DNA from: an uncultured virus (IMG/VR IMGVR_UViG_3300042894_007211)
Lineage: Duplodnaviria > Heunggongvirae > Uroviricota > Caudoviricetes
Virus record (IMG/VR): IMGVR_UViG_3300042894_007211
DNA length: 58,080 nucleotides
Strand: one strand, 5' to 3'
Notes under the pieces: generated by a model
The model's database searches: none
The model's input: the letters and a program-made list of their open reading frames with translations, nothing else
What the model was told of the DNA's origin: nothing
Translations under genes and position numbers: made by a program
Shown: piece by piece, positions 19,795 through 29,533 of the stretch
Position numbering within the stretch: position 1 is the stretch's first letter
Layout: each line of letters opens with the position of its first letter

Positions 19795-20289
19795 TTAATT
19801 TGTTACTGTAAACTGTAACATAATCGGATGATAATTAGTTGGTTTGCTTTCAGTTTCGGCTAATTCAATAGCATCTTCTAACTTATCGGTTACATCTTCA
19901 ACTTCTCCAGTATGGCCATTTTTTCTACCAAGTGCAGTATGTCCAAAATAATCAAACTTAGTTAGTTTAACTTTACCTTGTGATTTAGTCATATCCATTA
20001 CTATTTCCATAATATCTATCCAACTGGATTTGATTTCGTTATTAACTAAGTTAATGTCAACTGGTTCATCTAATCTAAATACTACTTCATATTGTACACC
20101 CCATTTAGATTCATTAGCAACTACACCAACATTAAACTTACGCATTCCTCCAATCCATTTATTCTCCTGATTGATATGTGGGTAAAATCTTTCTTGTGCT
20201 AACAGTTCATTGATAGCAATTTGTATATCCTGAGCATATGAATAGGGAAGACCACTTTCAAATAATTTAAATGATTTAATAACTTTCAT
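19795..20289 (-). CDS. CTS-like protein
   Basis: MKVIKSFKLFES; TAATATATA at 20294-20302. Confidence 0.75.
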   Translation of the reverse strand: MKVIKSFKLFESGLPYSYAQDIQIAINELLAQERFYPHINQENKWIGGMRKFNVGVVANESKWGVQYEVVFRLDEPVDINLVNNEIKSSWIDIMEIVMDMTKSQGKVKLTKFDYFGHTALGRKNGHTGEVEDVTDKLEDAIELAETESKPTNYHPIMLQFTVTN

Positions 20290-20354
20290 ACTTTATATAT
20301 TATTTATTGTAGATTATTTTTTGTATCTTTGTAGTAAATAAATCCACTACACAT

Positions 20355-20786
20355 ATGACACTAAACTTTTCTCCAGCAAATCAATCTATTAAAAATTACA
20401 ACTCATCTAAAATAGCCGCATCTGAAAATAATGACTGTGTTGTAAGAGCATTGGCAGCTGCTTGTGATTGGGACTATGACAAATCACATCGATTTGTCGC
20501 TAAAGAGTTTGGACGTCAACCAAAAAAGGGAACTCCTAAATTTATCACTACTATTAACTCATGGGTTTTAGAAGGTAGAAAACTTGGTCGAAAGAAAATT
20601 AAACCTATCGATATTAAAGAAATCAAAACAGTAGGTCAACTGGTAAAGTGGTATGATAAGGGAACTTACTTAATAGTTATTTCTCGCCATGCTTTTACTA
20701 TTAAAGATGGTGAAGTGGTTGCTGGTAACCAACAAGATTCACAACGTATGCGTTGTCAGTTAAAAGCAGTTTGGAAAATAGGATAA
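20355..20786 (+). CDS. Hypothetical phage protein with NDCVVRA...H motif
   Basis: Cys/His pair; TATCTTTG at 20324-20331. Confidence 0.65.
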   Translation: MTLNFSPANQSIKNYNSSKIAASENNDCVVRALAAACDWDYDKSHRFVAKEFGRQPKKGTPKFITTINSWVLEGRKLGRKKIKPIDIKEIKTVGQLVKWYDKGTYLIVISRHAFTIKDGEVVAGNQQDSQRMRCQLKAVWKIG

Positions 20787-20910
20787 ACGGATTTGTATAT
20801 GTTAAAATAAATTATTATATTTGATATATGAAAATCTTTATGATAATATTAATTATACTTGTATCAGTAATAGTTTTTATTGATGAGGTATCACACGATC
20901 TTGATTAACT

Positions 20911-21270
20911 ATGACAGAAATTATTGCATTACTCGGTATAATACCCCTCCTCTGGGAACTAAAGAATTTTATTAACCCATCAGCATATGATGAATTAACC
21001 ACCAGTGTATCAGAGCAATTAAAAAGAGGTGAGATGAGACCAGAAAACAGCGGATTTATATGGTTTAATTTATTTTATTTCATATGGACTATATCAGGAC
21101 TATTTACTAAGATGTGGCCACTTTTTTTAACTCTAATTTTCTTATCTTTTCTAAGTGCTAATTTCACTAAGATTAAAACAGATGTCAGGCAAAGAATTAT
21201 ATCAAGAAGGATAGATTCTTTATTTTCTGTGATAATAATTTCATTTATACTTTTTTACTATTTTTTTTAA
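20911..21270 (+). CDS. Membrane protein
   Basis: Several hydrophobic helices. Confidence 0.7.
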   Translation: MTEIIALLGIIPLLWELKNFINPSAYDELTTSVSEQLKRGEMRPENSGFIWFNLFYFIWTISGLFTKMWPLFLTLIFLSFLSANFTKIKTDVRQRIISRRIDSLFSVIIISFILFYYFF

Positions 21271-21323
21271 AAAAAGTGTAACTTTCCTTGACTTTTGGCG
21301 TTTATATAGTATATTTATATCAT

Positions 21324-22166
21324 ATGAGAGCACTTAAAATAACCCAATCAATCACTACAAAAGAAACTGAATCATTTAACAAATATCTACGCGATGTTAG
21401 TGGTTTAGATATGATAAACTCCCAAACAGAAATCGAACTGGCTAAACAGATAAAAGCTGGTGATATTAAGGCACAAGATGAATTAGTAAAGGCTAATCTA
21501 CGTTTTGTTATATCAGTAGCAAAACAATATGTAGGTCGTGGTTTAGATATTGAAGACTTAGTATCAGAAGGTAACTTAGGTTTAATTAAAGCCGCACAAA
21601 AGTTTGATGAAACCAGAGGTATTAAATTTATCTCTTTTGCTGTATGGTGGATACGTCAATCTATTCTACAATCATTAGCTGATAATTCTCGACAAGTAAG
21701 ACTTCCCTTAAATCAAATAAACGCCTTAAATAAAATTAAATCAGCTGAAAATGATTTAGAGCAACAACTACAAAGAAAAGCTACTGCATCTGAACTATCT
21801 GAATACTTAGGCGTTACAGAAGATAAGGTTAATCTTTCTATTACCAGTAGTCAAAAGATATCTTCTATGGATACACCTATTGGTGATGATAGTGATTTTA
21901 CTTTAGCAGATACATTTCAATCTTCGGACTTTGCGGATACCGAAATTATACAATCTGATATTTTGCAAAAGATAAATACGGCCCTTAATAGCTTAACTGA
22001 AAGAGAAAGATTTATTATTATCAATCTATTTGGTATTGGAGTTAATGAAATGACTTTGGTAGAGATTTCAAATAAGTTAGACTTAACATCAGAAAGAGTT
22101 AGACAGATAAAAAATACGGCTATTAAGAAATTATCGAAGAGTGGTGTACTTTCTAGTTTAGTTTAA
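21324..22166 (+). CDS. rpoD: RNA polymerase sigma-70 factor, Bacteroidetes primary-sigma type
   Basis: MRALKITQSIT; ANLRFVISVAKQY; KFISFAVWWIRQSI; LTSERVRQIK; no region 1.1. Confidence 0.92.
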   Translation: MRALKITQSITTKETESFNKYLRDVSGLDMINSQTEIELAKQIKAGDIKAQDELVKANLRFVISVAKQYVGRGLDIEDLVSEGNLGLIKAAQKFDETRGIKFISFAVWWIRQSILQSLADNSRQVRLPLNQINALNKIKSAENDLEQQLQRKATASELSEYLGVTEDKVNLSITSSQKISSMDTPIGDDSDFTLADTFQSSDFADTEIIQSDILQKINTALNSLTERERFIIINLFGIGVNEMTLVEISNKLDLTSERVRQIKNTAIKKLSKSGVLSSLV

Positions 22167-22196
22167 AAGATGATAGATTTTCAATGTGAGTAATTA

Positions 22197-22523
22197 TTAA
22201 AGACTTCCATCGTGTAAGTCTAAAGACTCGGCATAGTTAGCTTCCATTTGAAATTTATATTCTTCTTCATCAAGTTCAGATACACCACTACCAGGAATAA
22301 TTTGAATCTTACCATTTATACTTTTTTCATCTAACCACTCTTCAAAGCCTGCTATATGTTCTATACCAACACCAAATTTTTTAGCTAATTCTGCATAACT
22401 CAAAGTTTTATCCACAAACCACTTTGATTTAGTGTTTGGGTCTATCTTTTTTTCTAACTCACCAAAGCCAAATATCTCTTCATTGGTCATTGTAAATTCT
22501 TTGTAAGATTTAATTTTTTTCAT
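22197..22523 (-). CDS. CTS-like protein
   Basis: MKKIKSYKEF...NEE. Confidence 0.7.
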   Translation of the reverse strand: MKKIKSYKEFTMTNEEIFGFGELEKKIDPNTKSKWFVDKTLSYAELAKKFGVGIEHIAGFEEWLDEKSINGKIQIIPGSGVSELDEEEYKFQMEANYAESLDLHDGSL

Positions 22524-22738
22524 TTGATTATTGTTTTATTTTTGAGATTTGAAACCCCTTTTATTTTTGGGGGTTTAGCTGTCTTATCATGTTGCTCTTT
22601 TGATTGAACTGGATTTTTAGCCATATCTTTTGCACCAATCGAAGTAGCCGTGCCTTTAGCAACCTTTTTAAATTGGTCAATTGATTTTTGATTAGCCATT
22701 GCTCCTTCCCAGATTTCAAACTTCATTAGGTGTTTCAT
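22520..22738 (-). CDS. Small basic CTS-like protein
   Basis: MKHLMKFEIWE; TAATATATA at 22744-22752. Confidence 0.7.
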   Translation of the reverse strand: MKHLMKFEIWEGAMANQKSIDQFKKVAKGTATSIGAKDMAKNPVQSKEQHDKTAKPPKIKGVSNLKNKTIIK

Positions 22739-22818
22739 AGAAGTATATATTAATTATCCAAATAAAAAAACCCCATCTTATTGATGAGGTTTCTGTGAAG
22801 ATTAAATGCTACGCCTAT

Positions 22819-23685
22819 TTAAATTATATCTGATATATCAAAAAGTATATCACCTGGTCTTATAGGACACTCCATAACTTCTCCTGTAAAACTATAATCA
22901 AAAAGATAAGAATTAGCAAGTTTGTTATCACCTGGTAGTTTAGCCACAATATTTTTATGAATATCATATCCAAACAGTTTAGGAGATGTTGCTATCCATA
23001 AAACAGTAGATTCGAGGCCTAAGGCAGCTGCTGCATGTTGAAGTGACGAATCTATTAGAATTCTTTTATCAGCTACAGCAAGTAAGTAAAATAACTCTAA
23101 ATTAGCCAGTGGTTGCCAAATTGATTCAACACCTGGTATAGCATTAGCCTCAGTTTTACATATTTGTATAATATGATGTGTTTCTTTATAGATTTCAATT
23201 ATTTGACTGGTGATACCCTGAGGTAGGTCTCTTGCCCAACTATAAAGTGGTCCGTTTTCTAAAAGTCCTCCATTAGTTTGGAGTACTAAAATTGGTTTTT
23301 CTCTTTTCCACATCTTTTCACCAATCTGTAGCTGTCTTAGATTAAATTGCAATTCGGGTAATTCACCAGAATATGTTAATCCGTATAACTTACACCAATT
23401 TTCAATTAAGGGCATTTCGCCATTTATATGTTCAGATGTGAAATAAGGTTCGTGTTTAAAAATTAGAGACTTTCCACCTTCTATATAATCCTGATAGAAA
23501 TAAGGAGTGTTTCCAACAGCAAACACTCTATCAACAAAATCTAAACCTAGAAATATTTGTGGATATGAACAAACCACTATTAATTTTAAATTAGGGTAGT
23601 TATTTTTAATACATTTAGCAACTGCCGTAGCTGCTACGTTTTTTCCTAAACCCCCTTCAATGTGAAATACTGTAAACTGTTTCAT
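22819..23685 (-). CDS. Glycosyltransferase (GT9/heptosyltransferase-like)
   Basis: GGLGK N-terminus; LIDSSLQHAAAALG. Confidence 0.75.
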   Translation of the reverse strand: MKQFTVFHIEGGLGKNVAATAVAKCIKNNYPNLKLIVVCSYPQIFLGLDFVDRVFAVGNTPYFYQDYIEGGKSLIFKHEPYFTSEHINGEMPLIENWCKLYGLTYSGELPELQFNLRQLQIGEKMWKREKPILVLQTNGGLLENGPLYSWARDLPQGITSQIIEIYKETHHIIQICKTEANAIPGVESIWQPLANLELFYLLAVADKRILIDSSLQHAAAALGLESTVLWIATSPKLFGYDIHKNIVAKLPGDNKLANSYLFDYSFTGEVMECPIRPGDILFDISDII

Positions 23686-24503
23686 ATTTTATATCCAAAT
23701 TTTTCATAGAACCAAGTAAAGTTATTGACGATGATATCACAATTTGCTTTTCCTAATACATCTAAAAAGTCTTCTTTTACTGGCTCAACTTTTCCTCTAA
23801 TCTCGTGGTCTCCAAATATTCCGTGAATTACATCATTTTCATATGTTAACTGCTCAACATTCTTAAAATCATGTTTGTAGTAGGGAAGACCAATATAATT
23901 ATACAGCTTTTTCATTTCTTTGTCTGGGTTCTTACAAAAGTCTTCAAACTTAATAAAAAGAACTTTATCATCATTTTTCTGTGTGATGAGGTCTTTAAGC
24001 CATTCAATACTTGGACCAACTGGTGGACTTACTGAAAAGTGGACCATTCTAGAATCTGTTGTCATGTTTTTAAGTTCGGCTACATTTACAATAAGAGGAT
24101 CTTTATGTGCGTTTTTTCTAAAGTTCTTTTCCATTGAAGCAAAAATAGATCTAAGGTCTCTAACCATTACTACAATTTTTGGCTCATCTACAACAAACTT
24201 TAAGAAGTTATAGTGACCAATCCAAGCTCTACTTTTATCAAATACATACGGTCTATCTGTGATAGCATCAAAAAACCCATAAAGACCTGACTCACAAAAA
24301 CACTGAAATCCTTTTTTCATATCTTCTTGATCCTGGGCTTTAAAAGCATCACCTGTTGAATAGATAGTTCTAGCAGTCAGAAGGAATTCAATAACACCTG
24401 AAGTTGGTGTTGAATAGATTTCGGGATTTTGCATAAGTATATTTTGTAAGAGTGTTGATCCGGATCTTGGAAATGAAGCGTTATAGAATATTTCTTTAAC
24501 CAT
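23682..24503 (-). CDS. Sulfotransferase
   Basis: PRSGSTLL (5'-PSB) and VRDLRSIFAS (3'-PB). Confidence 0.88.
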   Translation of the reverse strand: MVKEIFYNASFPRSGSTLLQNILMQNPEIYSTPTSGVIEFLLTARTIYSTGDAFKAQDQEDMKKGFQCFCESGLYGFFDAITDRPYVFDKSRAWIGHYNFLKFVVDEPKIVVMVRDLRSIFASMEKNFRKNAHKDPLIVNVAELKNMTTDSRMVHFSVSPPVGPSIEWLKDLITQKNDDKVLFIKFEDFCKNPDKEMKKLYNYIGLPYYKHDFKNVEQLTYENDVIHGIFGDHEIRGKVEPVKEDFLDVLGKANCDIIVNNFTWFYEKFGYKI

Positions 24504-24550
24504 AAATTAGATTTTTGTTTTTATATATTGGAATATTTTCTGCATAAAAC

Positions 24551-24582
24551 AAAAAAACTCCCTTTTTTTGGGAGTTTTTTTA
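24551..24582. terminator. Intrinsic terminator
   Basis: AAAAAAACTCCC...GGGAGTTTTTTT. Confidence 0.75.
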
Positions 24583-24600
24583 TTAAATTTAATTGACAAT

Positions 24601-26100
24601 TTATGCCAATAATATTTTCCTTTCAAGGCCATTAATTCTTACAGTCCATGTGCTGGTTGATGAGCAAGATTCTGTTGTAACTGTTCCAGCGTTTTGATTA
24701 CATGAACCAACAACGAATTGGTTATTACCAGTTGCAGCTGCAGCTGCTCCTAAAATTACAGAAGCAGTAAATCCACCGGTTTGTACATTATAACCAATAC
24801 CTACATTTAAACCTCCTATTGTGTTGGCAGCTAGAGCATTTCGACCTATCGCAACGTTGTTGTTTCCGGTTCTATTGGAATATAAAGCCTTGCAACCTAA
24901 CGCAATGTTGTAGCCTCCTGTTGTGTTGTATCGGAGTGAGTTTCTACCCAATGCAACGTTGTAACCTCCTGTTGTGTTGTATTGTAAAGCATATTGACCT
25001 AAAGCAACGTTGAAGCTTCCTGTTGTGTTGTAATATAATGCTTTGCGTCCCTGAGCTAAGTTGTAATTTCCTGTAGTATTCGTATACAAAGAACCTCTAC
25101 CTAAAGCAATGTTGTTACAACCTGTTGTATTGCTAGCTAAAGCCACTGTACCCAAGCCAACATTTTCGGCACCTACTGTGTTACCACGTAAAACACCACC
25201 ACCTAAAGCAACGTTGTAAGAACCGCACGTATTACAACCCATAGCAAGTATACCTATAGCAATGTTTTGATATCCTTCCGTATTCAAACATAAAGCAGAT
25301 TCACCTAAAGCAACGTTGTTGCCTCCTGTTGTGTTGCAACGTAAAGCATATTGACCTAAAGCAACGTTACTAGCACCTGTTGTGTTGCAAAGTAATGCTT
25401 TATAACCTTGAGCTATGTTGTGGTTTCCTGTTGTGTTTGAATAAAGTGAACCCTGACCCATTGCAACGTTAAAATTTCCTGTTGTGTTTGAATAAAGCGA
25501 GCCGTAACCCAATGCAACGTTGTTACATCCTGTTGTGTTTGAATAAAGTGACTCCCAACCCATTGCAACGTTGGCATTTCCTGTTGTGTTGTATCGGAGT
25601 GAACCCTGACCCATTGCAACGTTGGCATTTCCTGTTGTGTTTGAATAAAGTGAACTCTGACCCATTGCAACGTTAAAACTTCCTGTTGTATTACATCTTA
25701 ATGAGTTGTAACCCATTGCAACGTTGAAGCTTCCTGTCTCGTTTTTATATAATGCTTTATAACCTTGAGCTATGTTGTGGTTTCCTGTTGTGTTATAAGT
25801 TAAAGAATATTTACCTAAAGCAATATTATTTTGCCCAGTTGTATTATCATTTAAAGCATGGTAACCTAAAGCAACGTTGTAACATCCTGTTGTTGTTACA
25901 TTCAATGAAAAATCAGGAACTAATACGTTGTTACGATCATCTGTAATGTCGACACCACCACCGCCTCCACCTGAACTAACATTCGAGAAAGTTGCTCCGA
26001 TTTTTTGACTGAAGTTTGAACCATCAAAGCTCAACTCTAAAAATCCATCAGGTAAAGATCCTGACGAAGTACTTTGTTTAAGAATTATTCTTCTTGCCAT
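24601..26100 (-). CDS. Beta-roll repeat fibre protein (YadA-head-like NTTGxxNVALG repeats)
   Basis: About 20 tandem 17-aa (51-bp) repeats. Confidence 0.8.
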   Translation of the reverse strand: MARRIILKQSTSSGSLPDGFLELSFDGSNFSQKIGATFSNVSSGGGGGGVDITDDRNNVLVPDFSLNVTTTGCYNVALGYHALNDNTTGQNNIALGKYSLTYNTTGNHNIAQGYKALYKNETGSFNVAMGYNSLRCNTTGSFNVAMGQSSLYSNTTGNANVAMGQGSLRYNTTGNANVAMGWESLYSNTTGCNNVALGYGSLYSNTTGNFNVAMGQGSLYSNTTGNHNIAQGYKALLCNTTGASNVALGQYALRCNTTGGNNVALGESALCLNTEGYQNIAIGILAMGCNTCGSYNVALGGGVLRGNTVGAENVGLGTVALASNTTGCNNIALGRGSLYTNTTGNYNLAQGRKALYYNTTGSFNVALGQYALQYNTTGGYNVALGRNSLRYNTTGGYNIALGCKALYSNRTGNNNVAIGRNALAANTIGGLNVGIGYNVQTGGFTASVILGAAAAATGNNQFVVGSCNQNAGTVTTESCSSTSTWTVRINGLERKILLA

Positions 26101-26117
26101 TTCCTATCTAATTATTT

Positions 26118-26681
26118 TTATGCACCAAAGGTTAATACCTTATAGTATATTTTAACTCGTAGTGTGCCATCTCCAAAGCCTACATCACCGCTACTCATCA
26201 ATTGCACAGATTGATTAGTTATTCCAACATTTGAAACACAATGAGTACTTGCGACTGGAGTACTTGCCACAATATTACTATTCCAAAATAATATTACATT
26301 TTGTTCAAATTCAATTATTCCTCTTTCTAATCTAAATGGCGAACCGTTTACAGATATTACAGGATATTCATCATCACCATATATAAGGTATGGTTCTGAA
26401 CCATAAGTAAACTCAAATACAACCTTCTCAATGTCGTAATACTTACCAACTCCAGCAGCAGGTAGCAACTCGATAGGAGTAGTACCCATCGCAAGAATTT
26501 GAGCAGAAGTAATGTTAACTATGGTCTCGGTGTATTCCGAACCTCCACCACCAAGTCCACTAACTGTAGCCCCAACCTTTTGTGATACCGTTCCAGCATC
26601 ATCTCCTAAATATTTGTAGCCCGTTGGTGCCGTACCAGCCCCATTTAGACCATCCTCCTTTAAAATTATTTTTCTTGCCAT
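26118..26681 (-). CDS. Fibre or decoration-like protein (likely start MARKIILKE)
   Basis: Shares N-terminal module with 24601-26100; AATATATA upstream. Confidence 0.7.
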   Translation of the reverse strand: MARKIILKEDGLNGAGTAPTGYKYLGDDAGTVSQKVGATVSGLGGGGSEYTETIVNITSAQILAMGTTPIELLPAAGVGKYYDIEKVVFEFTYGSEPYLIYGDDEYPVISVNGSPFRLERGIIEFEQNVILFWNSNIVASTPVASTHCVSNVGITNQSVQLMSSGDVGFGDGTLRVKIYYKVLTFGA

Positions 26682-26946
26682 AATTAATATTTTTTTATAT
26701 ATATTTTTTTTTAAAAATGAAAAATGATATATATCCGAATGAATAATAAATTTCACGACATAGCTATTGATAATTTCAAACAATTATCAAAAATTAATGA
26801 CTACATTAAAAAAATCTTAGATTTAAATCTTTATATAATGACTAATGAAACAGATCAGTTATTATCTAATGGTGTTTTACCACAAAATATTTTTGACATT
26901 GACACAAAATCAATAATTCTTAAAGGGGATGATAAATACGAGAAAG

Positions 26947-27366
26947 CTATAAACATAATATTGAAAATTGGTCAACAAGCCAACCAATAGCACCCATATC
27001 AGCCCAGGTTAAAGTAGGGTAATTAAATATAGATGAATACTTAGCTTTTCCTAAGTGTAGGTCATCAATAGTCAATTCTCTATCGGCTCCAAGTGTTTCT
27101 ACTGAACTATAAAGATAAAGACCGTGACCAGCTTCATCTTGAACTTTGGCTAGCAGAACTGCTTTTCTCATAAGTGAAGGAGCACGAGTAATCCAATTAG
27201 CCTCTGGAAGCATTCCAACAATTTCAGAATGAGCGTGTTGAGAAATTTGTCTAATTAAAGTTTTTCTATAGTCATCAGGCATCCAATCATTAGGTTCAAT
27301 CTTAATATCGTTATCTATTTTAGATTGAAATATTTTTTCTAGTTTTAATAATTTGTTTACTTCCAT
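26947..27366 (-). pseudogene. paaA: Truncated phenylacetyl-CoA epoxidase subunit A
   Basis: [29 protein letters not shown]...KVQDEAGHG...GWLVD then unrelated tail and stop at 139 aa. Confidence 0.85.
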
Positions 27367-27485
27367 AAATTATATATTATATAAATTTATTATCTTTGAT
27401 ATATGACAACAATATTATTTATCATTTTTGCAATGTTGATGGCTATCGGAAATGAAGTGGCTAATGGAAATGAATTATAACTTAC

Positions 27486-27512
27486 AAAAAAACCCACTTT
27501 GAAAGTGGGTTT
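27486..27512. terminator. Intrinsic terminator
   Basis: AAACCCACTTT-G-AAAGTGGGTTT with A tract. Confidence 0.75.
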
Positions 27513-27518
27513 CTAATT

Positions 27519-28187
27519 TTATCCAAAAGGTTTATAAAGTTTACCAGCCATTCCTTTATCAGTAGAAAGCCAAGCATCTGCTCTTTTAATTATAGCAATG
27601 ATTGCAATTGCAATTAAAGATAATATGGCCCAAGCAGGAATAAACCCAAATTTTCCTGGATTAGTTAATACATCACTCATACCAAGTGAATTTGCCCATC
27701 CCATAAGGTCAAATTTAAAGATAGTTTCTGATAACCATTGTACAAAAACAACTACAATACCGCCAACTGCATTAAAACCAAAAATTCCCTGAAGAATAGT
27801 TCCTACTTTTTGTGTAAAGGATTTCTCCATATATTCTTCCATCTCTTCTTCTCTGGACTCTTTAAGTAATTCTGGGTTCTTTCTCATAAGTCCATCAAAT
27901 ACTTGTTTAAAAGTTAAATCTTGTGCAGTTGCTCCAAAATACTTACTTATTTTTTCAAGTACACCTTTAGAAAAATCAACTACTTTAAAGAATTCTTCAC
28001 ATAGATTATCCAATGATTTAAGAAAAAGATCTTTAGCACCTTTAAAGAATTTCTGAACTCCTTCCCAGATACCATCTAAGATATCAGCCCAAACTTCAGC
28101 AGCACCTTTGATAGGATCAACTGGCATCATAAACATATCTAATGTTTCATTAACACCAAACGACTCAAATGTTTTAATATACTTCAT
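27519..28187 (-). CDS. CTS-like protein with C-terminal membrane helices
   Basis: MKYIKTFESFGVNETLDMFMMPVDP. Confidence 0.75.
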   Translation of the reverse strand: MKYIKTFESFGVNETLDMFMMPVDPIKGAAEVWADILDGIWEGVQKFFKGAKDLFLKSLDNLCEEFFKVVDFSKGVLEKISKYFGATAQDLTFKQVFDGLMRKNPELLKESREEEMEEYMEKSFTQKVGTILQGIFGFNAVGGIVVVFVQWLSETIFKFDLMGWANSLGMSDVLTNPGKFGFIPAWAILSLIAIAIIAIIKRADAWLSTDKGMAGKLYKPFG

Positions 28188-28324
28188 ATTAATAATTATT
28201 TTTAATATCTTATATATTAAAACTATTTTTTATTTTTTTGTTATACTAATATGAAAAGATTTATTCAAAACATAATGTTTTGGTTTATGTTAAAAAACTT
28301 TAAAAGGGTTAAAAGAAAATCAAT

Positions 28325-28678
28325 ATGGAAACTTTAGATAAAGATTGGTGTTATTATTCTGGTATGCCGTCACCTAATGCCTACAAACTATCACTAAGAG
28401 ATTGTTTTAATGAAGACTTTACTGAGTGGTTAGAAAATAGTAATTATATCGGTGATATAAACCCTGATGCTGAATATGGGGTATTAAAAGATATATTAGA
28501 TATCTTACTTATTCACCCAGAAGCTGATTACTTTTGGTATGGATATCCAGAGCATGGTGGTGGGTTATCTTATTCATTACCTCATCACGATACAGTTCCA
28601 GGTGGTGCCTTAAGAGTAGATAAAGATAAAATAAAAGTTTTCTTAAGAGATATAAAATTAGATAATATATTAAATTAA
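28325..28678 (+). CDS. C-tagged hypothetical protein
   Basis: Ends FLRDIKLDNILN. Confidence 0.7.
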   Translation: METLDKDWCYYSGMPSPNAYKLSLRDCFNEDFTEWLENSNYIGDINPDAEYGVLKDILDILLIHPEADYFWYGYPEHGGGLSYSLPHHDTVPGGALRVDKDKIKVFLRDIKLDNILN

Positions 28679-28850
28679 TATATCAATGTTAATCCATATA
28701 GGGTCTATGCTCATTTATTATAATAATCAAATATCTTATTAATATCATTAAAATATATAAACTATGAAAAAAGAAAATTTATTACCTGCTTTATTAATCA
28801 TAGGTTGGTTTGCTTTAATAATGACGATTGCTATTTTAGTATCTTAACAT

Positions 28851-29414
28851 TTAAGGCTTTTGTGGTGAAAGCGCAATTGAAGTTTGAAATACGGTAAGTG
28901 ATGAAAGATGTCCTATAAGAGCAGTAGCAACAGCTCCAATAATTCCAACAACTGACATACTAGCACCAATCGAAATAGCTGCGGTAAAGACAGCAATAAG
29001 ACCAGCTCCGATACCTATTCTAACTAAAGCATTTTTAATTCTTGTTTTCTTTTCTTCTGCTGTACATTGACCCCATAGTTTATAACCATCTCCTTCTTCG
29101 CATTCAGATTCTATTTTATCTGCGTTTTCTGCTAATTGTGATAGTTCTTTCCATGTATCTCCATATCCTAAGCCTTTTTCTTTCCACTGTGGTAGATGTC
29201 TTAAAACATCTTTTAATCCATCAACTATGTTAATAACTTGTTGTCTAAATCCAGGGTCGTTATCCTGGCGTGTAATAAATTCTTTATAAAAATCACTATT
29301 GATATACTCTTCAATTTCCATAGCTTTTTCTTCTTCTCCTCTTTCTCTAAATTTTTTAGCAGCCGATTGATAAACTTCCGGACTTAGCTCTTCGAATGTT
29401 TTAAGATATTTCAT
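28851..29414 (-). CDS. CTS-like protein with C-terminal hydrophobic hairpin
   Basis: MKYLKTFEEL; TAATATATA upstream. Confidence 0.7.
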   Translation of the reverse strand: MKYLKTFEELSPEVYQSAAKKFRERGEEEKAMEIEEYINSDFYKEFITRQDNDPGFRQQVINIVDGLKDVLRHLPQWKEKGLGYGDTWKELSQLAENADKIESECEEGDGYKLWGQCTAEEKKTRIKNALVRIGIGAGLIAVFTAAISIGASMSVVGIIGAVATALIGHLSSLTVFQTSIALSPQKP

Positions 29415-29533
29415 TTTAATCAAATTATTTTTATAATGTTATATATATTAAAACAAAAAATTATTTTTTAATAAAAAATATATACCATAGCTCAATTAGG
29501 TTTTTTTATTCTACTTTTTAATATATAATCTTA

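Noticed and set aside
24819..25946. Short alternative-frame and antisense ORFs in the repeat gene
   Set aside because: By-products of the 51-bp tandem repeats.
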